Positions 35,489-45,072 are shown, counted from the first letter of the stretch. The stretch is 64,000 nt of DNA from Gemmatimonadota bacterium (GCA_035267645.1 DATFLN010000086.1:2181-66180), one strand, 5' to 3'. Notes: generated from the sequence alone by a model not told the origin. A program made the numbers and translations.

Positions 35489-36388
35489 TCACCGGGGTGA
35501 GCCCGACGTCCGGATCGAGCGCAGCGTCCGGACGAACGCCTCGGGCCGGTCCCGCGGCGGATCATCGGCCGCGTCCTCGATCACGTGGAGCGGCCAGCCG
35601 TAGCGCTCGCTCGCGCCCCGGGCCACCTCGACACTGGTCGCCCGGTCGTGCCGCCCCCAGATGAGGGCCGTCGGCGCCTCGATCCGTTCCAGGTCCTCCG
35701 GGGGAATCCGTGGGAGGCCCAGGCTCCGGAGCATGCGGCCGGCCGCCTTCGCCTTCGGTCCGCGGGCCAGGGCCAGGTTGTAGCGCACGAAGCGCGACCA
35801 CAGTCCGCCCATGCGGTCCCGGAGGGCGTCCCGGTCGTAGGCGCACTGGCCCATGAACATCTCGTAGGTCCACTCGGTCGGCCGCGCCTGGAAGCCCACG
35901 AGGGTGAGGAGGAAGCGGAGCGAGGGCCGGAAGCGGCCCAACCCCAGCGAGTCCACGAGCACCAGCCCCGCCAGCCCCGTCCGGCGCCGCGCCGCGAACC
36001 GGGCGGCGATGGCTCCGCCCAGCACGTGACCCACGAGGACCGGGGCGGCGGAGCACGTCCGCTCGACCAGCGCCTCCAGCCAGTCCAGGACGGTCCGCTC
36101 GTCCACCGCAGCGGGTGCCTCGGTCCCCCCGTGGGCGGGCAGGTCGGGCGCCACCACGCGGTGGGTCCGCACCAGGTCCGGGATCGTCCAGCGCCAGTTC
36201 ACGGCCGACTCGCCGGGACCGTGCAGGAGGACGAGGGGCGGCCCCTCGCCGCCCACGAGCACGGCGGTCGAGAGCCCGGCAAGCTCCAGACGCTCCTCCC
36301 GGATCGGAATCCCCGCCAGCAGCGCCTCGCGTTCGGGACGTGCGTCGGTGCGGACGGTCGCTTCCGTGGATGCCGCGTCGGTGCTCAT
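35489..36388 (-). CDS. Alpha/beta-fold protein lacking catalytic Ser and His
   Basis: LVLLHG, VAPDLPAHG, GHVLGG (vs GHSxGG), LIWGRHD, EDAADDP (vs ..H..). Confidence 0.85.
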   Translation of the reverse strand: MSTDAASTEATVRTDARPEREALLAGIPIREERLELAGLSTAVLVGGEGPPLVLLHGPGESAVNWRWTIPDLVRTHRVVAPDLPAHGGTEAPAAVDERTVLDWLEALVERTCSAAPVLVGHVLGGAIAARFAARRRTGLAGLVLVDSLGLGRFRPSLRFLLTLVGFQARPTEWTYEMFMGQCAYDRDALRDRMGGLWSRFVRYNLALARGPKAKAAGRMLRSLGLPRIPPEDLERIEAPTALIWGRHDRATSVEVARGASERYGWPLHVIEDAADDPPRDRPEAFVRTLRSIRTSGSPR

Positions 36389-36590
36389 CGATCCCTCCCC
36401 GCTTCCGGCTTCGTGGCGATGGCGATGTGGACACGGTAGTCGAGGACCGCCGCGCCCTCCCCGGTCGCGCGGCGCCACGCCGGAGGGGTCTCCGGTCGAG
36501 GGGCCGACGCCGGGGGCTCCACGATCAGCGTACCACGAGCCGCCCTTCCCGCGCTTCGGGGAGAGCACGCAGGGCTTCGGCGGGCGGGTC

Positions 36591-36608
36591 ATGGGGGATT
36601 CCACCCAC
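36591..36608. promoter_or_regulatory. Operator-like site between LuxR regulator and alpha/beta-fold gene
   Basis: ATGGGGGATTCCACCCAC, similar to the sites at 5401, 39790 and 42791. Confidence 0.45.
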
Positions 36609-36687
36609 CGGGAGGTGGGATGAAGGGCTCGCTCCGCGCGTCGGCTCCGGGTCCGACGTCGGACGCGGGCCGCGCGTCCGACGCGGC

Positions 36688-38325
36688 TCAGACCAGGTCG
36701 TGCTCGAACGCCCAGGCGGCCGCCGCCGTGCGCGTCGAGACGTGGAGCTTGTGGAAGATGTCGCTGACGTGCCGCTCGACGGTCCTCTCGCTGATCGACA
36801 GCGTCTCCCCGATGGCCCGGTTCGTCTTCCCTGCCGCCACCTGGCGCAGGACCTCGACCTGTCGGGGGCTCAGGCCGTGGACGCCGCCGGAATCCCGGCG
36901 GCGGAGGAGCGCCTCGATCCGCGCCGCCTCGGGCTCCGCCCCCAGCCGCCCGAACGCCCGCAGGGCGGTCTCCAGCTCGGAGCGCGCGGCGTCCTCCTCC
37001 CCGATCTCCCGGTGGGCGAGGGCCACGAGGACCCGGGCGCGAGCGGCCTCGTAGGGCGCCCCGATCCGCTCCCAGGCGCTCCAGGAGGCGCGCAGCTCGC
37101 CCAGCGCGGCCCGCGGCTCCTCCTCCGCCAGGAGCACGCCCCCCCGGGCTCCGGCGGCCGCGGCCTCGAGCGGGGGCGCGCCGAGCACCGCGGCGATGTC
37201 CGACAGCTCGCCGGCAGCTTCGGCCGCTGCATCGACGTCGCCGGCGGCGAGCTCGATCTCGACGAAGGCCGGCAGGAGCACGGCGCGAGCGGCCCGCTCG
37301 CCCGTCTCCTCGAGCGCGCGGCGTATCTGCTCCGAGGCCCTCGCCACCCGTCCATGCGCCAGGTTCAGGAGGGCGAGGCCCGGCTGGGGCTTTCGGCCCC
37401 ACGTCCGGGCCTCGCCGTACGCCTCCTCGGCCTCGGCGAGCTCGCCACGGAGACGGTGGAGCTCGCCGCGCTGGTAGTAGGCCGACCCGGCCGCCGGCTC
37501 CCCGGGAGGCCCGGCGAGCCGCTCGCAGGCCCGGCGGGCCTCGCGCATGGCCTCCGGCCACGCCCCGTCGAGGCGCAGGATCTCCGAGCGCCGGACGAGG
37601 CACTGTCCCCGGTAGGGCACGAGCTCCGGGTGGGACTCGCACCAGCCCGTCAGGGCCTCCGTCCATTCCCTTGCCCGGGCCGCGTCGAAGATCTCTCCGC
37701 AGGTCTCGATGACCGCGCAGTAGACGATCCCGACGACGATCGGAGACAGGGCTCCGGCATCCGCGGCGGCCATGGCCTCGTCCAGGAGGGACACGCCGTC
37801 CTCCACGTCCCCCAGCCGGATCAGGGCCTGTCCGCGACCCACACGGCCGAGGGCCAGGAGGTCGGGATCCGCAAGGCGCCCTCCGATGTCGATGGCCTCG
37901 TCGAAGGCGGCGCGGGCTCGCTCGAGCTCTCCGCCGGCCAGGCGCCGGAGACCCTCGGGCAGGAGGAGCAGCCCCCGCTCGACGCAGTCGGCGCCCGCCT
38001 CGTCGACCAGCCGGCGCGCCCTCGCGATCCAGCCGCTGCCGCGGGCGCGGTCGCCCTGTCCCAGGAGTTGGAAGCCGAGCCAGAACGCGGCGCCCGCGGC
38101 GCGTACCACCTCGTCCCGCTCCAGGTAGGACCGGTGGGCGCGCGTCCACGCCGCGACGCTCTCGGCGTCCCGGCCGGTCAGGTAAGCGACGCGGGCCACA
38201 CGCTCCAGATCCTCCGCCTCGAGCGGGCTCCCGGCCGCCGCCTCGGACAGGGCGTGGAAGGCCTCCGACCACGCCTGCCGGCGGAACGCTCCCCGTCCCC
38301 GTTCGAGCGCGTCGGACGTCTCCAT
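36688..38325 (-). CDS. LuxR/MalT-like TPR-HTH transcriptional regulator
   Basis: TPR-like body; C-terminal LSPRQVEVLRQVAAGKTNRAIGETLSISERTVERHVSDIFHKL. Confidence 0.92.
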   Translation of the reverse strand: METSDALERGRGAFRRQAWSEAFHALSEAAAGSPLEAEDLERVARVAYLTGRDAESVAAWTRAHRSYLERDEVVRAAGAAFWLGFQLLGQGDRARGSGWIARARRLVDEAGADCVERGLLLLPEGLRRLAGGELERARAAFDEAIDIGGRLADPDLLALGRVGRGQALIRLGDVEDGVSLLDEAMAAADAGALSPIVVGIVYCAVIETCGEIFDAARAREWTEALTGWCESHPELVPYRGQCLVRRSEILRLDGAWPEAMREARRACERLAGPPGEPAAGSAYYQRGELHRLRGELAEAEEAYGEARTWGRKPQPGLALLNLAHGRVARASEQIRRALEETGERAARAVLLPAFVEIELAAGDVDAAAEAAGELSDIAAVLGAPPLEAAAAGARGGVLLAEEEPRAALGELRASWSAWERIGAPYEAARARVLVALAHREIGEEDAARSELETALRAFGRLGAEPEAARIEALLRRRDSGGVHGLSPRQVEVLRQVAAGKTNRAIGETLSISERTVERHVSDIFHKLHVSTRTAAAAWAFEHDLV

Positions 38326-38446
38326 GGCATCCTCCGGTGGCTCCCGGCCGGTGGCCCACGAGCGCAGGACCCGTCAGAGCTCCAGGGTGCGAGTCTAGCT
38401 CGCGGCCCGCCCTCCGGTCCAGGTCTCTCGCCCGGGCGCGCCCTTC

Positions 38447-38475
38447 TTGACATTGCATGTTACAACATGTATCAT
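38447..38475 (+). promoter_or_regulatory. Sigma70 promoter with internal MarR operator (leaderless)
   Basis: TTGACA-N17-TATCAT; CATGTT-AC-AACATG palindrome at 38456-38469; ATG 6 bp after -10. Confidence 0.8.
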
Positions 38476-38481
38476 CGCTCC

Positions 38482-38949
38482 ATGACCCCGCGTCTCCAGG
38501 ACGAGATCAAGCAGACCCGGCCGTTCGAACGGCTCGAGACCGAAGCGCTCCTCAGCGTGCTGAGGACCTCGGCGCTGCTCGAGCACGCCATCGCCCGAGC
38601 CCTCAAGCCCTTCGGCCTCACCCACACGCAGTACAACGCCCTCCGGATCCTGCGGGGAGCCGGGGAGGGGGGGCTGTGCGGCCGGGAGGTGGGCGAGCGG
38701 CTGGTCTCGCCCGTCCCGGACGTCTCTCGGCTCCTGGACCGCCTCGCCGAGACCGGCCTCATCGCGCGCAAGCGTGATCCGGAGGACCGGCGGCAGGTGA
38801 AAGCCACGATCACCGACGAGGGCCTCGAGCTCCTGGAGCGGGCGACGCCCGCCCTGGAAGCGGTGCAGACCCGGTGGCTGGGAGACGTCGGCGACGAGCG
38901 GCTCCGGGCGCTCATCGACGGCCTGGCCGAGGTGCGCGCCGGGGGCTGA
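38482..38949 (+). CDS. MarR family transcriptional regulator
   Basis: LTHTQYNALRIL...DVSRLLDRL...G.I.RKRDPEDRRQV...IT..G. Confidence 0.92.
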   Translation: MTPRLQDEIKQTRPFERLETEALLSVLRTSALLEHAIARALKPFGLTHTQYNALRILRGAGEGGLCGREVGERLVSPVPDVSRLLDRLAETGLIARKRDPEDRRQVKATITDEGLELLERATPALEAVQTRWLGDVGDERLRALIDGLAEVRAGG

Positions 38950-39023
38950 ACGCCCGGCGGCCGCCGGGCCGTCCCCTCGTCCGATCCCGCGCGGCACGCC
39001 CGGCGATCGACACGAAGGCATAA

Positions 39024-39054
39024 GTGTTGCAACATACATGTTGCTACATATAAT
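39024..39054 (+). promoter_or_regulatory. doxX promoter with two MarR-type operators
   Basis: GTGTTGCAACAT (39024) and ATGTTGCTACAT (39038); TTGCAA-N16-TATAAT. Confidence 0.75.
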
Positions 39055-39071
39055 TTCCGAAGGAGGATCCC

Positions 39072-39620
39072 ATGACGACGCTGCACACGACCGACTCGAC
39101 GATCCTGGCCCTGGGGCTGCTCGCGGTCCGGCTCATCCTGGGCCTCGGACTGGCGTCCCACGGCGCCCAGAAGCTGTTCGGGTGGTTCGGAGGCTATGGG
39201 CTGGAGGGCACGGGCGGCTTCTTCGAGAGCCTGGGCTTCCGCCCCGGCCGGATGTTCGCCGGCCTGGCGGGACTGGGCGAGCTGGGGGGCGGCCTCCTCA
39301 CGGCGCTCGGCTTCCTCGGGCCGGTGGGCCCCGGCCTGATGATCCTGGTCATGCTCGTGGCCATGCTGGCCGTGCACCGTCCGAACGGCTTCTTCGCCTC
39401 GGAGGAGGGGATCGAGCTCCCGCTCCTGTACGCGGCGGGCGCGCTGGGCCTGGCGGTGACGGGGCCGGGCCCGGTCTCGCTGGATGCGGCCTTCGGCCTC
39501 GAGGGGCTGTCGACGCCGACCGCCTCGTGGATCGCGATCGCCGCGGCGGTCGTGCTGGCGCTCGGAAACGTGGCGCTCCGGCGGCCGGCCGGAGACGCCG
39601 GAGAGGCGGCCACCTCGTGA
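39072..39620 (+). CDS. DoxX family membrane protein (CatD/YphA-like)
   Basis: LAVRLILGLGLASHGAQKLFGWFGG...GELGGG...GIELPLL. Confidence 0.9.
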   Translation: MTTLHTTDSTILALGLLAVRLILGLGLASHGAQKLFGWFGGYGLEGTGGFFESLGFRPGRMFAGLAGLGELGGGLLTALGFLGPVGPGLMILVMLVAMLAVHRPNGFFASEEGIELPLLYAAGALGLAVTGPGPVSLDAAFGLEGLSTPTASWIAIAAAVVLALGNVALRRPAGDAGEAATS

Positions 39621-39789
39621 GCGGCGTGGGCCGTGGCGGGGCCGGGGTCGCGGACCGCGCGGTCGGCGCCGCGCCGGTGAGCGGGCGGGAGGGCTCCCGC
39701 CCTACGACGCCGACTTCGACACCGACGGGGCGCGGCCGGGGCCCGTGCGGGCGCTCGAGCGCGCGATCGGGGAGCGGCGCCACCGCGAC

Positions 39790-39858
39790 GTAGGGAGCTT
39801 CCCGACGACCGGTGTGGGGATTCTCCCGACTTGGCGGCCCGCACGGACCGGCTATTCT
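39790..39858 (+). promoter_or_regulatory. Paired operator-like sites abutting a sigma70-like promoter
   Basis: GTAGGGAGCTTCCCGAC (39790) and GTGGGGATTCTCCCGAC (39814), 24 bp apart, then TTGGCG-N16-TATTCT. Confidence 0.55.
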
Positions 39859-39930
39859 GAACGTGGCTCACCGCGCGCGGGACGTCCGTCCCGTGTCGAG
39901 CGGTCTTCCGTCGACTCAACGAGGACTTCC

Positions 39931-40512
39931 ATGAACCGTGCCTCTCGTAAGCTCAGTGCCTTCATCACCGGCGCCGCGCTCGTCGCGGTCGCGACCTCGC
40001 CCCTCGCCGCCCAGCAGAGCGGCACGTGGGAGTTCAACGCCCGCGGCGGCGTGGCCGTCCCGGCCGGCAAGCTGACCGACGCCAGCAAGGCGGGCCCCAC
40101 GGTCGGAATCGGAGCGGCCTACTGGATCACGCCCCGCATCGGCCTCAGCGCCGACCACGACATGTCCTTCCTGCAGGGGAAGACGATCGGGACCGCCCAG
40201 GCTTCCGACCTGAACCTGTGGCAGTACGGCGGCGGCGCGATCGTGAGCCTCCTGAACCCGGCCACCACCCACTGGCTGGCCTACGCCAGCCTCGGGGCGG
40301 GCGCCACGACGTTCGACCCGCGGACGACCGGGGCTTCGACGTCCACGCGCTTCACCACGAACGGCGGGCTCCGCCTGGGCTACCGGGTCGGCCGCAGCGC
40401 CGACGTGTTCCTGGGCAGCCAGGCGTACCTGATGTTCGTGGACAAGACCGACTGGGGCTCCAGCACGACCTGGAACTTCCCGATCAACGCCGGCCTCAAG
40501 CTGCGCGTCTGA
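39931..40512 (+). CDS. Small outer-membrane beta-barrel protein (OmpA-TM/OMP_b-brl-like)
   Basis: Signal peptide LAA-Q; alternating beta-strands; C-terminal AGLKLRV. Confidence 0.8.
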   Translation: MNRASRKLSAFITGAALVAVATSPLAAQQSGTWEFNARGGVAVPAGKLTDASKAGPTVGIGAAYWITPRIGLSADHDMSFLQGKTIGTAQASDLNLWQYGGGAIVSLLNPATTHWLAYASLGAGATTFDPRTTGASTSTRFTTNGGLRLGYRVGRSADVFLGSQAYLMFVDKTDWGSSTTWNFPINAGLKLRV

Positions 40513-40676
40513 CCGGGCTCCGGTCCGAAGACGGGACGGAGTAGCGGGGCGGCTTCGCCCCGCGGGAGCGAGGGGCGCCCGGCCGTGGCCGGCGCCCCTC
40601 GCCTCGTTTCCGGGCCCGCGATCCGGGCCCCACGAGCTCGCCACCGCCCGCGCGCACCGGGGCCCGAGCTCGCCCG

Positions 40677-41051
40677 CTACCCTCCCGCCAGCGCCCCCAC
40701 GATCCGGAGGGGCTCGGCCCCGCTCGCCACCGCCTCGGGAAGCGGCGTCTCGTACGGGTCCAGGGAGAGGTCCTTCCCACAGGCGAAGAACCGCAGGAAG
40801 TCCCGGCGCCGGAGCGTCCCGTGGTCGCGGATGGTGCCGCGGAGCACCGGATACTGGTCCTCGAGCGAGCCGAGGACGGCGCCCAGCGTCGGCTCCCCTT
40901 CGATCCGCAGGGACACGGGGCCGTCCACGCCCGCCAGGTTTCGAAGGTGGAAGGGGAGCCCGACGCGGACGCGCGAGCCTCCGGCGGGGCCGCCTCCCGC
41001 CTCCGCCGCGCCCGGCGGCGGGCCGGAGGCGCCGCTCCCGCGAGCGCTCAC
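40677..41051 (-). CDS. MoaD/ThiS family ubiquitin-like protein
   Basis: [13 protein letters not shown]...[12 protein letters not shown]...VGALAGG C-terminal Gly-Gly; GTGA overlap. Confidence 0.85.
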   Translation of the reverse strand: MSARGSGASGPPPGAAEAGGGPAGGSRVRVGLPFHLRNLAGVDGPVSLRIEGEPTLGAVLGSLEDQYPVLRGTIRDHGTLRRRDFLRFFACGKDLSLDPYETPLPEAVASGAEPLRIVGALAGG

Positions 41052-42226
41052 GGCAGCTCCTGCACCTCGACCGAGAGCACGGCGGGGAGGTCGCGGACGA
41101 TGGGCTCCCAGCGGTCGCCGCCGTCGGCGGAGGCGTACACCTGCCCGCCCGTCGTGCCGAAGTAGACGCCGCACGGATCCAGGCGGTCCACCGCCATCGC
41201 ATCGCGGAGGATGTTCACGTAGCAGTCCTCCTGGGGGAGGCCACGGGTGAGCGGCTCCCATTCGCCGCCGCCCGTCCGGCTCCGGTAGACGCGGAGCCTC
41301 CCATCGGGTGGATAGTGCTCCGAGTCGCTCTTGATCGGGACGACGTAGATCGTCTCGGGCTCGTGGGCGTGCACCGCGATCGGGAAGCCGAAGTCGCTCG
41401 GGAGGCCGTCGCTCACCTCGCGCCAGGACTCCCCCGCGTCGTCGCTCCGCATGACGTCCCAGTGCTTCTGCATGTAGAGGACGTGGGGCCGGGAGGGATG
41501 CATCGCGATGCGGTGCACGCAGTGGCCGATCTCGGCCTCGGGGTCCGGCAGGTATTCCGAGTGGAGTCCCCGGTTGATCGGCCGCCACGTCGCGCCCCTG
41601 TCGTCGGTGCGGAAGGCGCCGGCCGCGGAGATCGCGACGTACATCCGGTTCGGGTCGGACGGGTCGAGGAGAATGGTGTGGAGGCACAGCCCGCCGGCGC
41701 CCGGCGTCCAGTGGCTCCCGCCCTCGTGGCCCCTGAGGCCCGCCACCTCCTGCCACGACCGCGCCCCGTCGGTCGTCCGGAACAGCGCGGCGTCCTCGAC
41801 GCCCGCCCACACCGTGTCCGGGTCGTCCAGCGAGGGCTCCAGGTGCCAGACCCGCGTGAACTCCCACGGGTGGTCCGTTCCGTCGTACCACTTGTGGGTG
41901 GTGAGGGGCTTCCCGGTCTCGGGGGACGTGTCGTAGGCGAACTTGTTGCTCACGCCCGCCGGCGGTCCGTAGGGATCGGGCATCTTCTCCCCGCCGGGCG
42001 TCTCCCACGTCCTCCCGCCGTCGCTGGAGCGCTGGATGATCTGCCCGAACCAGCCCGAGGACTGCGAGGCGTAGATCCGGTCCGGATCGGCCGGCGAGCC
42101 CTTCACGTGATAGATCTCCCAGCCCCCGAAGTGGGGACCGTCCACCTTCCAGTCCCTCCGCCCTCCGTCGGCCGTGAGGATGAACGCGCCCTTCTTGGTC
42201 CCGACCAGCAACCGAACCCCGCTCAT
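41048..42226 (-). CDS. BNR/Asp-box beta-propeller protein (exo-sialidase-like fold)
   Basis: [51 protein letters not shown]. Confidence 0.88.
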   Translation of the reverse strand: MSGVRLLVGTKKGAFILTADGGRRDWKVDGPHFGGWEIYHVKGSPADPDRIYASQSSGWFGQIIQRSSDGGRTWETPGGEKMPDPYGPPAGVSNKFAYDTSPETGKPLTTHKWYDGTDHPWEFTRVWHLEPSLDDPDTVWAGVEDAALFRTTDGARSWQEVAGLRGHEGGSHWTPGAGGLCLHTILLDPSDPNRMYVAISAAGAFRTDDRGATWRPINRGLHSEYLPDPEAEIGHCVHRIAMHPSRPHVLYMQKHWDVMRSDDAGESWREVSDGLPSDFGFPIAVHAHEPETIYVVPIKSDSEHYPPDGRLRVYRSRTGGGEWEPLTRGLPQEDCYVNILRDAMAVDRLDPCGVYFGTTGGQVYASADGGDRWEPIVRDLPAVLSVEVQELP

Positions 42227-42239
42227 GCCGTGCTCCTCT

Positions 42240-42710
42240 TCAGGAAGTGATCTCCGCGGCCGCCCCGGCCGCCTCGACCGCCGCGTCGAACCCGCCCTTC
42301 AGCTCGCGCGCGAGCTCCGGGCCCAGGACCTCCACCACCCTCGCGTGCGCCTCGCGCCACAGGGGAAGCGCGCGCACCAGGGTCCGCCTCCCCTCGGCCG
42401 TCAGGCGGACCAGGCGCACCCTCCCGTCCTCCTCCGGCCGCACGCGCCGGACCAGGCCCGCCTCCCCCAGCGGACGCAGGGTCCGCGAGAAGGTCGCGAG
42501 GTCCATGGACAGGACGTCGGCCACCCGGCTCATGGGGGCGTCCCGCTCCTCGAGGAGCGCGATCGCGTTCAGCGTCGTGAGCTGCGTGGCCTGGATCTCG
42601 AGCGGCCGGAGCGCCTCGTCGTAGAGCCGGGTCAGGGCCCTGGAGACGCGCCGGACCCGGAAGCAGAGGCAGTCGTCCGCCATGGCCCGGGCCGCGTCCG
42701 TGTGATCCAT
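42240..42710 (-). CDS. MarR family regulator with N-terminal CxC
   Basis: [20 protein letters not shown]...[12 protein letters not shown]...[11 protein letters not shown]. Confidence 0.9.
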   Translation of the reverse strand: MDHTDAARAMADDCLCFRVRRVSRALTRLYDEALRPLEIQATQLTTLNAIALLEERDAPMSRVADVLSMDLATFSRTLRPLGEAGLVRRVRPEEDGRVRLVRLTAEGRRTLVRALPLWREAHARVVEVLGPELARELKGGFDAAVEAAGAAAEITS

Positions 42711-42715
42711 GTTGG

Positions 42716-42727
42716 TTGCATATACAA
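42716..42727. promoter_or_regulatory. Candidate autoregulatory MarR operator
   Basis: TTGCATATACAA near-palindrome 5 bp upstream of the marR ATG. Confidence 0.6.
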
Positions 42728-42790
42728 GTCTCGAGGGAGAAGCACAACAAGCCGCCCAACGGCGTCGACCTCGGAGGACGCCCTGCCGGT

Positions 42791-42832
42791 CCAGGGGAAG
42801 TCCCGATCCTCGGCGTGGGGGAAGCTCCCTCG
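42791..42832 (-). promoter_or_regulatory. Paired operator-like sites upstream of marR-BNR-moaD
   Basis: Minus strand CGAGGGAGCTTCCCCCAC then ATCGGGACTTCCCCTGG, 24-bp period; shares AGGGAGCTTCCC with 39790. Confidence 0.5.
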
Positions 42833-42840
42833 CGGGCGGC

Positions 42841-45072
42841 CTACAGCCCCCAGCGCACGCCGACGAGCGCGAGGAACGGGACGGAGCCGACGGGCTCGAC
42901 GCCCGTGTCCGGAGAGCCCCCGCCCCAGTAGAACAGGGCGCCCCCGGCGCCGGCCGCGTTCACGACCTGGACATAGGGCGCGAGCTCGGCGCTCGCGCCG
43001 AAGAGAGCCGCCCTCCAGGTGCGCGAGAGACGCACGTCGAGGCGGGCGTAGGCTTCCCGGGGAGCGGCGCCCCAGGCGGCGGTCGTCAGCTCCGTCCCGG
43101 AGCCGCCGGGCGCGTCCTGGCCGGCCGTCACCCGCTCTCCCGTCCCGCCGGGCGAGGGGACCGGAAGCGGCGTGTAGCTGGACCCCCTCCCGGCGCGGAG
43201 CTCCAGCTCCAGCGTCACGCCGCTCGGGAGCCGGCCGCGCAGGCCCGCCAGGAAGAGCTGGCGGAGGCCGCCGGGACCGAGGAGCCCGGCGTCCGCCGGG
43301 TCCACCCGCTCGTGCATGAGCGAGTAGTCGGCCCACGCGGCCCAGGTCCCGTCCTCCCACCCGACCCGGAGATCGGCCCCGGCCGACCGGACCGGGGAGG
43401 TCGTCCCCCGGCCCCGCCACCACGACCCGTAGCCCTCCAGCCGGAAGCGGAGGCCGTCGCCCGTCCGGAGCCCGAGTCCCGCGGCCACGTGGGTCGCCCC
43501 CGCCAGAGACAGGCGCCGCGGGCACCCGTCCGTGGAGACGGCGCACCCCGAGACGGCCTCCCGGCCCAGGAGCCCATGCGAGCGGCCGGCCGCCAGGTGG
43601 AGGTCGAGCCCCGGCCGCGCGCTCCACTCGAGGCGGAGCCTCGGGTCGAACGCCAGGGCGCCGCCGGATCCGAGGTCCGCCCGCAGGCCGGCCCGGAGCG
43701 ACACCTCGTCGGACAGGGGGAACGCCGCCTCCCCCCAGGTCGCCCCCACGCCGCCCGAGAGCTCGCCGGGCTCCACGGCGGGCGCCGAGCCGGACGAGCC
43801 CACGGTCCGGTGGGTCAGCCGCCGTCCCTCCCAGCCGGCGCCCGCTTCCAGCCGGGCCGGACCGACCCGGGCCGTGCCGAGCGCCCCCGCCCGCGCCTCC
43901 AGCGAGCGGGCCTCGAGGCGCCCTCCCGCGTCCCCCCAGGGGACGGCGGTCCGGAAGCGGCCGCCCGCAGCGAACACGGCCAGCCGCCCGCTCCCGACCG
44001 GGGCGCCGTAGCGGAGCGAGCCGGCCGAGTTCCCCCACTCGAGCGGCGTCCCGAACGGGCCGGCCGCGGGCTCGAGGGACTCCCGGTTCCAGAATCCGGT
44101 GGCCGAGACGCTGCCGGCTCCGGCCGGGAGCTCCAGGTGGGCCAGGGCGTCCCGGTACCCGAAGGGGAAGGTCGCGCCGGTCCCGCCCAGGAGGCCGGGC
44201 TCGAGGGCGGCCAGCGATCGGCCGCCCACGACGAACCCCCCGCGGCCCAGCGTCCCGGCCAGCCGCGCCGAGCCGCCGAGCTGACCGATCGAGCCCGAGG
44301 CGCGGAAGGGGCGCCGATCCTCCGTGCGGGTCTCGAGCCGCAGGAGGCCCGTCCCTCCGGCCGCGTACCGGGCGGGCGCCCCGGCCCGATCGACCCGGAG
44401 CGAGCCATCCGCCCCGCCCGGGAAGGCAGGCACGAGCCCGGCGATCTCCGTGGGCGCGACCACCGGCGCCTCGTCCAGGAGGACCGTGGTCGGCCCGCCG
44501 GTGCCGCCCGGCAGGTAGAGGGTTCCCGGCGCCCCCGGAACGCTCCCGAGCGCCCGGCGCGCCGCCCCGGCGAGCCCGGCCGCCAGGCTTCCCGGCCCGC
44601 CGCCCGCGGCCTCCAGCTCGGACCGGCCGCGGCCCGTGCCCTCCTCCCGTCCGGCCACCTCGATCCGGGACGCCTCGACCCCTCCGTCGTCCGGCCGGGC
44701 CCGGACGGCCAGGCCGGGAAGGCTCACCGGCCGGAGCTCCAGCCCCAGGTCCAGCTCGACGTCCGCACCCGGCGGGAGCGTCACGGCCACCTCCGCCGAG
44801 GCGTAGTCCAGCGCCCGGGCCCTCAGCCGCCACGCGCCGGGCTCCAGCCCGGCCAGGCGGTACGTCCCCCGGTCGTCGGAGCGGACGGTGAGCGACCCGT
44901 CCGGCCCATCGGCCACGATGGTCGCGAACGCCAGGGGGCGCCCACCCTCCCGGAGCGTGAGCGAGCCGTGCACGGCGGCCGGCGTGGTGTCCGGCGCGGC
45001 GGCCGCCCGGGCGGCCCCGGGCGCGGCCCCCTGACCGGCCGCCAGCGCGAGGACGAGCGCCGCGGCGGTCAC
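42841..45072 (-). CDS. TonB-dependent receptor-like outer-membrane protein with carboxypeptidase-regulatory-like N-domain
   Basis: Signal peptide; SDDRGTYRLAGLEPGAW; plug-like TVLLDEAPV, ARY..G.GLL; barrel strands; C-terminal LVGVRWGL. Confidence 0.75.
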   Translation of the reverse strand: MTAAALVLALAAGQGAAPGAARAAAAPDTTPAAVHGSLTLREGGRPLAFATIVADGPDGSLTVRSDDRGTYRLAGLEPGAWRLRARALDYASAEVAVTLPPGADVELDLGLELRPVSLPGLAVRARPDDGGVEASRIEVAGREEGTGRGRSELEAAGGGPGSLAAGLAGAARRALGSVPGAPGTLYLPGGTGGPTTVLLDEAPVVAPTEIAGLVPAFPGGADGSLRVDRAGAPARYAAGGTGLLRLETRTEDRRPFRASGSIGQLGGSARLAGTLGRGGFVVGGRSLAALEPGLLGGTGATFPFGYRDALAHLELPAGAGSVSATGFWNRESLEPAAGPFGTPLEWGNSAGSLRYGAPVGSGRLAVFAAGGRFRTAVPWGDAGGRLEARSLEARAGALGTARVGPARLEAGAGWEGRRLTHRTVGSSGSAPAVEPGELSGGVGATWGEAAFPLSDEVSLRAGLRADLGSGGALAFDPRLRLEWSARPGLDLHLAAGRSHGLLGREAVSGCAVSTDGCPRRLSLAGATHVAAGLGLRTGDGLRFRLEGYGSWWRGRGTTSPVRSAGADLRVGWEDGTWAAWADYSLMHERVDPADAGLLGPGGLRQLFLAGLRGRLPSGVTLELELRAGRGSSYTPLPVPSPGGTGERVTAGQDAPGGSGTELTTAAWGAAPREAYARLDVRLSRTWRAALFGASAELAPYVQVVNAAGAGGALFYWGGGSPDTGVEPVGSVPFLALVGVRWGL

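Noticed and set aside
35489-38458. 989-aa minus-strand ORF suggesting a LuxR-hydrolase fusion
   Set aside because: The LuxR gene is in another frame and stops at 36688; only 35489-36388 is the alpha/beta-fold gene
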